Positions 39,227-48,949 of a DNA stretch of 64,000 nucleotides are shown one piece after another. The notes beneath the pieces were generated by a model. The model had not been told where the DNA came from and did not search any database. It saw only the letters and a program-made list of their open reading frames with translations. The DNA is from an uncultured delta proteobacterium (GTDB lineage Bacteria; Desulfobacterota; Desulfobacteria; Desulfobacterales; JAFDCJ01), in the NCBI GenBank assembly GCA_963769935.1, contig CAVYNY010000032.1, positions 160,001 through 224,000 on the forward strand. Direction: 5' to 3'. Made by a program: the position numbers and the translations under genes. How positions within the stretch are numbered: position 1 is the stretch's first letter; every line of letters begins with the position of its first letter.

Positions 39227-39649
39227 TTAATATTTTAAATCAGCTAATATTCTTTTATGATCGATTTGCTTTCGACAATCATCAAGCCAAGTCAGCAGCT
39301 CTTCTACGTCGAAAGGTTTGTTAAACACCTTGCAGCCGATGTCCTTTGCATATTCAAGATCGCTGTCAGACCAGTCGGCCGACATCAGGGCGCGAAATTT
39401 TATTTTACACCCGAAGTTAAGACGTTTTTTGATAAACTCCAATCCGGTTTCGACCGGCATGTGGACATCCGAGAGAATGATGTCGGAACAGGAATCATCC
39501 AACAGGCAACGGTGGGTGGACGAAGAAAACAGAGGGCACATTCCGGGGTCCGAAAAAGTGTGAACTTCATAATCCAAATCATCAAGCAGGTGTTTTAAGG
39601 TGGTACGAAGGGTGTCATTATCTTCAAATACTAAAATTCTTGGTTTCAA
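39227..39649 (-). CDS. Single-domain response regulator
   Basis: ILVFEDND, ILSDVHMP, MSA, KPF. Confidence 0.85.
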   Translation of the reverse strand: MKPRILVFEDNDTLRTTLKHLLDDLDYEVHTFSDPGMCPLFSSSTHRCLLDDSCSDIILSDVHMPVETGLEFIKKRLNFGCKIKFRALMSADWSDSDLEYAKDIGCKVFNKPFDVEELLTWLDDCRKQIDHKRILADLKY

Positions 39650-40128
39650 TTCGTTCTCCTTCCCTGTATAACCGATCCATCTTTTGAGGCAGTCCCGGCC
39701 AAGGTAAAACTGTCAAGCCGGCCGAAATCAGTGCAGATACAAAATGGATAGCCCGTGCTTACCCTATCCGGCTCGGGAATGTCAAACCTAAAAACTCAAA
39801 AAGGCAGTCCCTGAAAATCTCTTGAGCCGCCAAAATTCCGTATATTCCGGCCGATCAAATTCGTCAACCCCGAATTAAGGTGGGGGCAGGGTATGAGACT
39901 TTGCAATTCCTATTTCCCGTGCCACCTTTTTCGTGCTAAGGTCGAGGGTAAACAACGAAGTTGGAAGGTTATCGGTACATTTTTAAAAACAGGCATTGTC
40001 GGCGTAGCTGTTAAAATTTGCAGCAATTTTTAATGCCGATCCTACATCGACAGGCCTCAAATCGTACGGTATTTGCAGCACAATATCCCACGCTGAGGCT
40101 ACATCTTTCTTGCAAATTGGAGGACACC

Positions 40129-41019
40129 ATGGCGCAAAATGAATCTATTGGTTTTATCGGACTCGGTATGATGGGCAAACCGATGGCGGAAAATCTGCTG
40201 GCTGCCGGATATCGGCTGCGGGTATTCAACCGGTCCTGGGACAAAGCGGCTTCCTTAGCGGCAAGCGGCGCAACGATCGTCTCGGCCCCGGAGGATACGG
40301 CTGAAATCGGCGGAATTGTTATGAGTTGCGTGGCCGACGACGCCGCGCTGGAAGCAGTGGTGGGCCATAGCGGCGAACTGGCCGAGCGTCTCGGCAAGGG
40401 TGGGGTGCACGTGTCCATGAGCACTGTTTTGCCGGAAACTGCGGATACGCTGTCCCGCCGGCATGCCGCCTGCGGCGGATACTACGTTGCCGCACCGGTC
40501 ATGGGACGGCCCGACGTGGTCAAGGCCGGCAAACAGTCCTATTTCGTCGCCGGTGATGCGACGGCCAAGGAGCGCATCCGGCCGATGCTCGAAAAAATCG
40601 GAATGCGGCTGTTCGACTTCGGTGAAAACCCGGCGGACGCCAACACAGCCAAGCTGGCGGCCAATTTTCTGATCGCCGCCTCGATCGAAGCGATGTCCGA
40701 AGCCTTTGTCCTTGTCGAGAAAAACGGCGTCGATCCGGCCGCGCTTCACGAAGCAATAAGCAGCACCCTGTTTGCCTGTCCGATCTATCAGAACTACGGC
40801 CGTCAAATTCTCGATGCGGCCTACCGGACCCCGCTCTTCAAAATGGCGTTGGGGTTGAAGGACGTCCGCCTGATTACCCGGACCGCCGACGTCAGCGGCA
40901 CACCGATGCGCTTTGCCAGTGTTCTGAAAGACCGCTTTCTGTCGGCCATGGCCCACGGCCGCTCGGACTACGACTGGACCGGCATTGCGGCCGAAGTCCG
41001 GGATGAAGCCGGCCTGTGA
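40129..41019 (+). CDS. NAD(P)-dependent beta-hydroxyacid dehydrogenase family oxidoreductase
   Basis: IGFIGLGMMG, FNRS, MSTV, APVMG, AKLAAN, LGLKD; GGAGG RBS. Confidence 0.88.
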   Translation: MAQNESIGFIGLGMMGKPMAENLLAAGYRLRVFNRSWDKAASLAASGATIVSAPEDTAEIGGIVMSCVADDAALEAVVGHSGELAERLGKGGVHVSMSTVLPETADTLSRRHAACGGYYVAAPVMGRPDVVKAGKQSYFVAGDATAKERIRPMLEKIGMRLFDFGENPADANTAKLAANFLIAASIEAMSEAFVLVEKNGVDPAALHEAISSTLFACPIYQNYGRQILDAAYRTPLFKMALGLKDVRLITRTADVSGTPMRFASVLKDRFLSAMAHGRSDYDWTGIAAEVRDEAGL

Positions 41020-41069
41020 CAGGCGGTCGGTACAGGCTTCGTCTTGCGAAGTTACTCTAATATTGAAAG

Positions 41070-41251
41070 CCTGGTTCTCTAGGCCAGGTCAGAGATGATC
41101 GGCTCTGCCATAGGTCAAATCGGTTCATGGTTTCGAGTGTCAGGTTTCAGGTGTCAGTAAAAATCGAATCCTGAACACTGCTGGTAAACGTGATCACCCA
41201 TATCACCCCTGCGGGGTGGACCAAAGCCGGGCCCTCTGGACCCGGATCTTT
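41070..41251 (+). repeat. Dispersed repeat, copy A (short form)
   Basis: Colinear with 44201-44503 but lacks its ~114-bp internal segment. Confidence 0.85.
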
Positions 41252-41375
41252 ACCTATGAGGTCATTAATCTTTGGACATTGATTCACCGCGTGCTTCCGA
41301 CTTCGCGCTTCGAGCTGCGACGGGACAAGTCGCTTAAGGCGCAAAGGTCGCAGAGGCGCTTTTTTTTGTCGGAAA

Positions 41376-42173
41376 CTACTTGGAGACCGTTTCAGCGGAC
41401 CCGTCGGAACTCCGGTTTTTATCAGTCTCAACCACGGCCTGCATGACGGCTTTGCGGGCCACTCTCGACACGAATATCATCACGGCGATACACACCGCAA
41501 GTCCGCCAATCATCGCCAGATCATGCAGGTGAGCGGTCCGAGCATCGCTGCCTGCCAACCAGGCTGCTTGCTTGCCGATGCATCCGAAGTAAACCTCGAT
41601 TGCCAAGTTGGGTGTCAGCGCCAGGCATGCAATCAGGAATCCTGCGAACCGGACGCCGGCAGCGCCGAGCAGGTAACTGATTGTCGCAGGATTCAACGGT
41701 GTCAGGCGCAGAAGAACCTGCAAGCGAAATTCGTTCCGACCGACGGCCCTTTGAATTGAAGCCAGCGACGGTCTCGCTGCAAGCATCCGCTGGATCCGGG
41801 CCCGCAAAAGCTTGTGCGAGAGCACGTACTGTATCGCCCCCGCCAGCACACTGCCTGCCAATACCGCCGTAAGGCCCCAGCCCAGCCCGAAGAGAGCGCC
41901 CGCGATAATGCACAGCACGGTGTCGGGGACCAGGAACGACGTCGTCAGGACGAACAGTCCGATAAACACGAAAACGCCCCACGGGCCAAGTTTGGTGATC
42001 CAGGATTCGATTGCATTGATGTTATGTCCGATTTCGCGGCCCGCAATAACTACGGCAACGATCAGCAGCAACACCACTGTCAGGTAACGGATCGCTGCCC
42101 GTGAGTAGGTCCGTGCCAGGAGCCGGTGCATCCGGACACCGCTGGATTTAATATCCTTTGCGCTGTGCATCAC
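41376..42173 (-). CDS. TVP38/TMEM64 (DedA/VTT) membrane protein
   Basis: LGPWG, AGALFG, LLRLTPLNP..ISYLLG; start uncertain. Confidence 0.8.
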   Translation of the reverse strand: MMHSAKDIKSSGVRMHRLLARTYSRAAIRYLTVVLLLIVAVVIAGREIGHNINAIESWITKLGPWGVFVFIGLFVLTTSFLVPDTVLCIIAGALFGLGWGLTAVLAGSVLAGAIQYVLSHKLLRARIQRMLAARPSLASIQRAVGRNEFRLQVLLRLTPLNPATISYLLGAAGVRFAGFLIACLALTPNLAIEVYFGCIGKQAAWLAGSDARTAHLHDLAMIGGLAVCIAVMIFVSRVARKAVMQAVVETDKNRSSDGSAETVSK

Positions 42174-42239
42174 CTTGAATAAGTTATCCTATTTACAGAA
42201 CAATCAAATTTACGATGGCCAAATTATGGCTCAATTGGG

Positions 42240-43412
42240 TTAGATATGGAAAGTCGCCTTGAAATTTGGGTCGGTAATGGCCGGGCGTTGGAGCGAAAAT
42301 GGTGCAATGGGATACTCTGACCGGCCGTCAATGGCCAATTGGCTCAGAATTTTACCCAGCAGGCCGGCAAATTTGTAGGCATGCCCGGCGCCGTTGCAGA
42401 CGATAATCTGGGGATGCTCCGGTACCCTGTCGATAACGAAATTGCGGTCTTTGGGCATGGCGTACAGGCAGGTTTTAGTATACAGCTTGGGTCCCAGGAA
42501 GCCGGGAATATATTTCTGCAACCACACTTCGAGGCGATGCTCGCGGGCCTCGTCGGCTTCATAGGTGCGTGTTTGGGGGGTCACCGCCGGCCCGGTAGCA
42601 TCGAGGCCGGCCTTGGTTGCTACTTCGCCGTAAATCGGAAAGCCATAAACACCCGCTTCGCCATGCCATAAAAAAACCGGAAAGTGGCCGATGGAAAATT
42701 CCTTTAAATTGGGAGTCGCATAGTACGTAACCTGTTCCTGCGTAACCGTGATACCCAAACGCAGGTCAAGATCCGCCAGCACCTGGTCGACCCACGCCCC
42801 GGCGGTGATGACAAGGCTTTGGCAGGAAAATGTCCCTGATTGGGTTTTTACATCCACCCCGCCTTCAAAGGGCCGGATCGACTCGACGCTGCAACGTTCA
42901 AGAATTGTCGCGCCATAGGAGCGGGCCATGCCGATGTGAGCCGCGTTTCCTTTGGCGGCATCGGCAATACCGGTATCGGCCTGATACAGGGCGTCTACTT
43001 CCTGGTCCAGCCTGAACTGCGGGAAACGCCGCATCACTTCATCTCCGCCCAAACGCTCGTAGGCAATACCGGCCGCATCCATTGCGCCGGCATACATTCC
43101 GATATCCTGCCGGTAAGGGCTGTCCCGCAGCGCCAATTCTATACCGCCGGTCTTGGTCACCACCGGCACCGCCGACTCGGCTTCCAGCGCGGCCCAGGCT
43201 CGGTAGGTGTGAGGCGTCAGGCGCGTATATTTCTCGTCATGGTAGGTCAGGCGAATAATCCGCGAATGGTCCTGCGAGCCGCCATGCACGTGGCCCAATT
43301 TAAATTGCTCCAGCCCCAGCACCTCGGCTCCCGCCCGGCGGGACAGCCAGTAGGCTGCGCCGCTGCCGATGCCGCCGCAGCCCAAGACGATATATTCATA
43401 TTTCGTTTTCAT
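42240..43412 (-). CDS. solA: N-methyl-L-tryptophan/monomeric sarcosine oxidase family flavoprotein
   Basis: IVLGCGGIGS, LEQF..GH..GGSQDHSRIIR, TAGAW, CLY, FVID, GHAYKF. Confidence 0.8.
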   Translation of the reverse strand: MKTKYEYIVLGCGGIGSGAAYWLSRRAGAEVLGLEQFKLGHVHGGSQDHSRIIRLTYHDEKYTRLTPHTYRAWAALEAESAVPVVTKTGGIELALRDSPYRQDIGMYAGAMDAAGIAYERLGGDEVMRRFPQFRLDQEVDALYQADTGIADAAKGNAAHIGMARSYGATILERCSVESIRPFEGGVDVKTQSGTFSCQSLVITAGAWVDQVLADLDLRLGITVTQEQVTYYATPNLKEFSIGHFPVFLWHGEAGVYGFPIYGEVATKAGLDATGPAVTPQTRTYEADEAREHRLEVWLQKYIPGFLGPKLYTKTCLYAMPKDRNFVIDRVPEHPQIIVCNGAGHAYKFAGLLGKILSQLAIDGRSEYPIAPFSLQRPAITDPNFKATFHI

Positions 43413-43445
43413 GCGATCTTCTCTATTCAATGCCCAATTGCAGTG

Positions 43446-44075
43446 TCAGCCTTTCGCAGGCATGATAACCTGGAATTTTTCACTCAGGGCCTTTTTGAAT
43501 TGCACGGCATCCTGCTCCCCGCCGACAATGCTGCCGTAATGCATCGGGATGGCGATCCGGGGTCCAATTGCTAAAGCTGCCTTAACTGCTTCATCAGCCG
43601 TCATCACGTATGTGCCGGAAACCGGCAGCAAGGCGATGTCCGTCTTGAAGTCCTGCATTTCCGGAATAAAATCGGTGTCGCCGGCATGATAGACGCGGAC
43701 ACCCTCGATCTCGACGATAAAGCCCAGCCAGCCATTGGCTTTGGGGTGAAATTTTTTGTTGACATTGTAGGCGGGAACCGCTTCGATTTTTATGCCGGCC
43801 ACTGTCAGGCTCTCGCCCGGTGATAGCACCCGCACATCGCCGGATAGTTTCTTCGCGGAATCTTTCTCGGTGATAATTACCGTATCGGGTTGCTGGATTT
43901 TCGCGACGTCGCCCGGCGAGCAATGATCAAAGTGCTCGTGGGTGATCAGGATGATGTCCGCCATTTTGCCTGCCGCGATTTCGTAGGGGTCGAAGTAAAT
44001 CGTCTTGGCGGCATCAATCCGGAACCCGTCATGCCCCAACCATACAATTTTCTTGGCTAAATCCTGTGCTGTCAT
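43446..44075 (-). CDS. MBL-fold metallo-hydrolase
   Basis: WLGH, DP, ITHEHFDHCS, YHAGDT, IPMHYG. Confidence 0.9.
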   Translation of the reverse strand: MTAQDLAKKIVWLGHDGFRIDAAKTIYFDPYEIAAGKMADIILITHEHFDHCSPGDVAKIQQPDTVIITEKDSAKKLSGDVRVLSPGESLTVAGIKIEAVPAYNVNKKFHPKANGWLGFIVEIEGVRVYHAGDTDFIPEMQDFKTDIALLPVSGTYVMTADEAVKAALAIGPRIAIPMHYGSIVGGEQDAVQFKKALSEKFQVIMPAKG

Positions 44076-44200
44076 GGCTGCCTCCTTCGGTTAAAAAATG
44101 ACGTGTCAAAAGATGATCGTGCGTTGAAGATAAAGCCATTGCCTGCTGCTTGTCAAGGGACAGCAACCTGTCGACAAGGCAATGATTCCAAAATTGCAAA

Positions 44201-44503
44201 CCTGGTCCTGTGGGCCAGGTCAGAGGATATTGGCTTTGCCATGGGCCAAATCTGTTCATGGTTTCAGGTGTCAGGTTTCAGGTGTCAGTAAAAATCGAAT
44301 TCTGAATCCTGAACACTGATTGGGCTGCAAATGAAGATCAACACTGTTGCAAGAAAGTCCATTGCATGAGGGACTCCGGCCCAGCGGGTCGACTTCAGTT
44401 GCTGACACCTGACACCTGACACCTGAAAACTGCTGGTAAACGTGATCACCCATCTCACCCCTCCGGGGCGGACCAAAGCCGGGCGCTCTGGACCCCGATC
44501 TTT
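44201..44503 (+). repeat. Dispersed repeat, copy B (long form, with GGTGTCA/TGACACC inverted arms)
   Basis: Matches 41070-41251 plus an insert at 44319-44432. Confidence 0.85.
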
Positions 44504-44530
44504 GCTTGAGCATACTTTGGTAAGCTTTAC

Positions 44531-46048
44531 CTAGGGTTCGGTGAGAAAAAAATCTGAAATAACGCCCATAAAGCGGTTGTATTTGAGAGCATAGTGGCTG
44601 AGCCCCTGCCGGATGAAGCCGGCGGAAATTTCCCGATCCTCTTCTTCGATGTGGGGCGCTCTCTGCTGCCAGGAGTTTTCATCCAGTGCCAGAATTTCAT
44701 CAACCTTTTGGCGATAAAAATCCGCTACCGGCAGATCGGAATAGGCGTTGACGAACCAGGGCATGGCGCGGCCGACCTTTTTCAGGAACAGGTCCTGGGC
44801 CCGGCCGAATCGAAGGCAGGAGGCGTCGGTGAAATTTTCCATGGCGGCCATCTTGTCAAAATCGATGTAGTCGCCGGCCGCGCTCAGTTCGTAGGCTTTG
44901 GTCCCGGGATAAGGAAAGAAAAACGACCAGCGGTAGCGCCCGGGTTTGGCCCGGGCCATCAAACGGATGGTGGCCATGACATCGTCGTGGGTTTCATCCG
45001 GCAGACCGATCATTAAAAATACGGAGGTGTGCAGCCCGTATTGATGGGCGGTTTCAACGGCCTTGACTATTTTCGCATTTGTCATGCGCCGCTGAAGAAT
45101 CCGGCGCCGGATGCGTTCGCTGCCGCTTTCGACGCCGAATTTGACGATTTTGCAGCCGGCATCCGCCAGGCAGGCGGCTCTTTCACGGTCGAAAAAACCC
45201 ACATGGGCGTTGACCACAAAGGGCAGGGAACTGATGCTGCGGTAGGCCCGGCAAAATTCCTCCACATACCGGCGGTAGAAGGTGAACAGGTCATCGTCCA
45301 GGATAAACATGGTTATATTCTGATATCGGCCCAGCAGGTATTCGATTTCCTTCATCATCCGGGCGACGGGGAAATGCCGGATGTAGTCCAGTCCCTTGAA
45401 GCTGCAATGCAGATCGTCGCGATACTGCGAGACCAGCTGGTGATTGAAGCAGTAGGTGCAGGAAAAGGGGCAGCCGCGGGATGCCATCAGTCCCACCCAG
45501 CCGTTTTTGGCATCGATTATGTTTTGAAAATCAAATATCTCGTAGTCTTTAAAGGGTAGTATTGCCAGATCCGGCAGCGGTCGCAAAGGATTCAGGTGCA
45601 CCTTGCCGTTGCGGACAAACCCAAGATTTTTGACTTCCGAAACATCCGCGCCGCGGTCGATTTTATCAACGAATTCAGCCAGCGCCTCTTCGGCTTCACC
45701 CCGGATGATATAGTCAAACTCTCCGGACTGCAGAACCTCTTCGCCGGCCGCCATGGTATGAATGCCGCCGCAAATCAGGGGGGCGCCGGTTGCCCGGCGG
45801 GCCCAGGCGGCCAGCTTTTTGGCCAGCGGCCATTGATTGGTGACCACGGAAAAGCCGATAATATCGGCGGCTTCCTGCTGCAGGCGCCCGATGAATTGCG
45901 CTTCGGACGGCAGCGGCGCGATGTCTTCACACAGCTGCCACAGGACGACCGCATGCCCTGCTTCTCTGAGAACAGCGGACAGATGTGCAATACCGTAGTT
46001 AAATCCCAGCTGGGAGCCGGCGTTGGGGTAAATGAAAAGGATCTTCAT
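44531..46048 (-). CDS. B12-binding-domain radical SAM enzyme
   Basis: N-terminal MKILFIYP/GGIH/GEAE domain; SRGCPFSCTYC; DDDLF; GVESGS; MIGLPDET. Confidence 0.88.
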   Translation of the reverse strand: MKILFIYPNAGSQLGFNYGIAHLSAVLREAGHAVVLWQLCEDIAPLPSEAQFIGRLQQEAADIIGFSVVTNQWPLAKKLAAWARRATGAPLICGGIHTMAAGEEVLQSGEFDYIIRGEAEEALAEFVDKIDRGADVSEVKNLGFVRNGKVHLNPLRPLPDLAILPFKDYEIFDFQNIIDAKNGWVGLMASRGCPFSCTYCFNHQLVSQYRDDLHCSFKGLDYIRHFPVARMMKEIEYLLGRYQNITMFILDDDLFTFYRRYVEEFCRAYRSISSLPFVVNAHVGFFDRERAACLADAGCKIVKFGVESGSERIRRRILQRRMTNAKIVKAVETAHQYGLHTSVFLMIGLPDETHDDVMATIRLMARAKPGRYRWSFFFPYPGTKAYELSAAGDYIDFDKMAAMENFTDASCLRFGRAQDLFLKKVGRAMPWFVNAYSDLPVADFYRQKVDEILALDENSWQQRAPHIEEEDREISAGFIRQGLSHYALKYNRFMGVISDFFLTEP

Positions 46049-47535
46049 GCCTTTCTTTCTATCATAATGCGGGTGATAATGTCTTCCACATCGATTGCGG
46101 TCGGGTCGGTAAGGGTGTCGACATGGACGATCTGGCAGGTATTCGGGCCGTACGCGCTCCAGCGTCGAATAAAGCGCATGTTGTTGGAGCCTGCAAAAAT
46201 AGTCAGGCACGGTGTCTCCAGGGCCGCCGCGATATGCTGGCAGGCGGAGTCATACCCGATATATTCGTCACAGGCCCCGATCAGGGCGGCGATTTCGCCG
46301 ATGCGGGTCTGCAATCCGATGACTCCCCAGTTGAGCGTGGTCTCCAGGCCGTCCTCAAAAACAGAATCCTGAGTGGCATACGCCTTGGCTTTGACGGTTT
46401 TGAGCAGGGAGCGGGAGTATTGCAGTTCTGCGTCGCCAAAGCCTTTATCGAGCAGAATAACGGTATTGGGTTCCTTTAACAGGGACAGCAGCAGCGTCTG
46501 CTCCAGAAGCCGGCCGACTTTTTTGCGGGGATTGCCGCCGACGCCAAAATTGACGGCGATGACCCTGGCGGCGCCGTTGGCCCGCAGTTTTTCACAATAC
46601 CGTTCCGCCCGGCGGATATTTGCCGGCTGCAGCCAGACCCTGGGATAACGAAAATCCTCCACGCCGGTGATTCGATCCAGCCAGGTATTGGTTAGCTGGG
46701 CCATGGACAGGTTGACGGCAACCGAACTTTCCGACCGGCTGTCGAAAAAGAAGTAGCTGTCAAGGCCGATGAGGGGCAGCACGCCGAGCTGCGACAGGCG
46801 GGAGTCCGGATCAATCAAAATGGTATTCGCCGGCGGGCAGGCCGCCAGTTCCCGCCCGACAATATGCAACACCGTCTGCCAACTGGACAATCGATCCAGC
46901 AAGCCGCCCTGACGGTGGTAGTCGACCTTGCAGAACCTGATTTTTGAATTTCCGCCGTAGATTTCATCCAGGTTGCCGCCGCCGATCAGGACAATTTCGG
47001 CTGAAGGAAACAGCTGCGCCAGCCGTTGGATGACAATGCTGTTGATCGCCACATCGGCCCCGATGGTCACCCGTGACAGAAGCAGAATTTTGGCGACTTG
47101 GCGTTGGGGCGACAACTCCTTGGGATCCAACCGGATTTTTTCGATCCGCGCCAGGAGATCGTCGCGGGTATAAATTTCGAATGCCTGCAGACAACGATTG
47201 AGTTCATCGGCCGCCCGCAGCTTGCGGCAAAAGGAAATAAGCTGGGCCATGACGCGGTTGTAGGTTTCCGTTTGCAGATCTTCAAATTCATCGCACAGGC
47301 TTTCGATGATGATGCTGAACAGGGCCTGGGCGGCGATACCGTTGAGATTGGTATCCTCGGAAAAGGTGGTCATTTCACAAAGCAGATCGATACAATCCGC
47401 TTCATAATGGCAGTCCTTCAGATAGGAATCCATGAATGAATAGGCAATCTGCTGCGCCAGGCGCCTGAATTCCCGGGGCGTAATAATCTGGGTCTTCAGG
47501 TGGGCCCATTTTTGCCGGTAAAACGTCGTTTTCAT
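46045..47535 (-). CDS. GT9-family glycosyltransferase with N-terminal extension
   Basis: IGADVAINS, IGYDSACQHIAAALETPCLTIF. Confidence 0.7.
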   Translation of the reverse strand: MKTTFYRQKWAHLKTQIITPREFRRLAQQIAYSFMDSYLKDCHYEADCIDLLCEMTTFSEDTNLNGIAAQALFSIIIESLCDEFEDLQTETYNRVMAQLISFCRKLRAADELNRCLQAFEIYTRDDLLARIEKIRLDPKELSPQRQVAKILLLSRVTIGADVAINSIVIQRLAQLFPSAEIVLIGGGNLDEIYGGNSKIRFCKVDYHRQGGLLDRLSSWQTVLHIVGRELAACPPANTILIDPDSRLSQLGVLPLIGLDSYFFFDSRSESSVAVNLSMAQLTNTWLDRITGVEDFRYPRVWLQPANIRRAERYCEKLRANGAARVIAVNFGVGGNPRKKVGRLLEQTLLLSLLKEPNTVILLDKGFGDAELQYSRSLLKTVKAKAYATQDSVFEDGLETTLNWGVIGLQTRIGEIAALIGACDEYIGYDSACQHIAAALETPCLTIFAGSNNMRFIRRWSAYGPNTCQIVHVDTLTDPTAIDVEDIITRIMIERKA

Positions 47536-47538
47536 CGG

Positions 47539-48594
47539 TCAGGGATGCTCCCGCAGTAATTGATCGCCGGCCTGCAGTACGGCCTCCGGTAATATCTCCT
47601 TCATACAGTTGTGTTCCAGATTGCATATTTTGTCATGACAGGGTGAACACGGCAGTTGCCTGCGCAGCACGATTGTTTTTTCAAGATTGGCCTGCGTGTA
47701 ACGGGGATCGGTCGGCCCCATGATCACCACCGCCGGAACATCAAAGGCAACCGCATAGTGGCGGGGACCGGTGTCATTGGTAACCAGCAGCCGGCAGCGC
47801 TGAACCAGGGGTTTTAAAAGTGCCAGGTCGACCTTGTCCGGACCGGTGTTGATGATATCGGCGCGGCTGAGCTTTACGATTTGCCGGCCGAGATCCTGCT
47901 CGGCCGGACCGACAAACAGCATGATTTTACAATCCCAATTTTGTGAGATCATTTCGGCCAGCCTGGCAAAATGTTCCGGTGGCCAGCACTTGGAGCTGCC
48001 GAATCCGGCTCCCGGGTTCAGGCCGATCACCATGTCAGCGGGCGCGATGCCGTAGCGTTCGATGAGCCGGGCACCCTTCGCCAGCGTGGCGTCCGAGCAA
48101 TATAGACGCGGTTTAAGTTGCCGTGGCGGATCGAAGTTCAACCAGCGGCATATTTCCATGTAGTACTCAACCATCGGTCGGGGGGTGAAACGACTGTCGC
48201 TGCGCCAGGGAGCGGGTCCACCGGTCATCAGCGCCGTTCGACCGTTGCGGCGATAACCATAGATCCTGCGTACCCCTCCGAGCCGGGCTATCAGCACCGA
48301 GCGAAATGAATTCGGCAAAATCAAGGCAAGGTCCGGTTTCAGCCTGCGCAGTTTGGAAACTAAATCAACCAGGCCGCCAATTGTTTTGTCATTAATTTCG
48401 ATAAGGTCATCGAACCACGGCGCGTCCTCCACGACCCCCCGGGCGTACCTGCGTACCAGGCCGATAAGCCGGGCTGCGGGAATGTTTTGCCGGATACAAT
48501 CAAAGGTTGGTGTTGCCATGACGACATCACCGACCCAGTTGGGGCAGGCAACCAGAACCGTTCGCGGTTGTATTTGGTTAATTTCAGCTGTCAC
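47539..48594 (-). CDS. waaF: LPS heptosyltransferase II
   Basis: PNWVGDVVMA, LPNSFRS, NPGAGFGSSKCWP, VTNDTGPRH, GPTDP. Confidence 0.85.
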   Translation of the reverse strand: MTAEINQIQPRTVLVACPNWVGDVVMATPTFDCIRQNIPAARLIGLVRRYARGVVEDAPWFDDLIEINDKTIGGLVDLVSKLRRLKPDLALILPNSFRSVLIARLGGVRRIYGYRRNGRTALMTGGPAPWRSDSRFTPRPMVEYYMEICRWLNFDPPRQLKPRLYCSDATLAKGARLIERYGIAPADMVIGLNPGAGFGSSKCWPPEHFARLAEMISQNWDCKIMLFVGPAEQDLGRQIVKLSRADIINTGPDKVDLALLKPLVQRCRLLVTNDTGPRHYAVAFDVPAVVIMGPTDPRYTQANLEKTIVLRRQLPCSPCHDKICNLEHNCMKEILPEAVLQAGDQLLREHP

Positions 48595-48703
48595 TTTGGT
48601 TATGTTAACTTGCTTTTAGACGCGGAATATAGAAAAAGAACCGGGACCTGTCAATCTTTAACCCGGGTTGAGGGGTTTGGGGTTTGGAGGTTCTGGGTTC
48701 ATA

Positions 48704-48949
48704 AGGTGTCAGGTGTCAGGTGTCAGAGGACAGAGGACAGAAGCTGGAAAACGGGGAGACGGAGAAACGGAGAAACGGGAGAAACGGGGATATCGAGATG
48801 GTGCCGCCGATCTCTATCCTCCAACCTCCAACATCAATTCCCTGCACCGTCAGCCGTGCGCCGCGTATCTTATTCCGTGAGCCGTGCTCCTTTCGCCTTT
48901 ATCCTTTAGCCTTTAGCCTTTTACCTTTTACCTTTTACTATCAACTATG
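48704..48949. repeat. Modular intergenic repeat; inverted copy of 55921-56117
   Basis: Shared ~85-bp core (both spurious ORFs read RNGDIEMVPPISILQPPTSIPCTVSRAP) plus GGTGTCA, GGAGAAAC and CCTTTAG runs. Confidence 0.85.

Noticed and set aside
39901..39926. Sigma54-like TGGCACG...TTGCA on the minus strand
   Set aside because: Spacing between the two elements is too long
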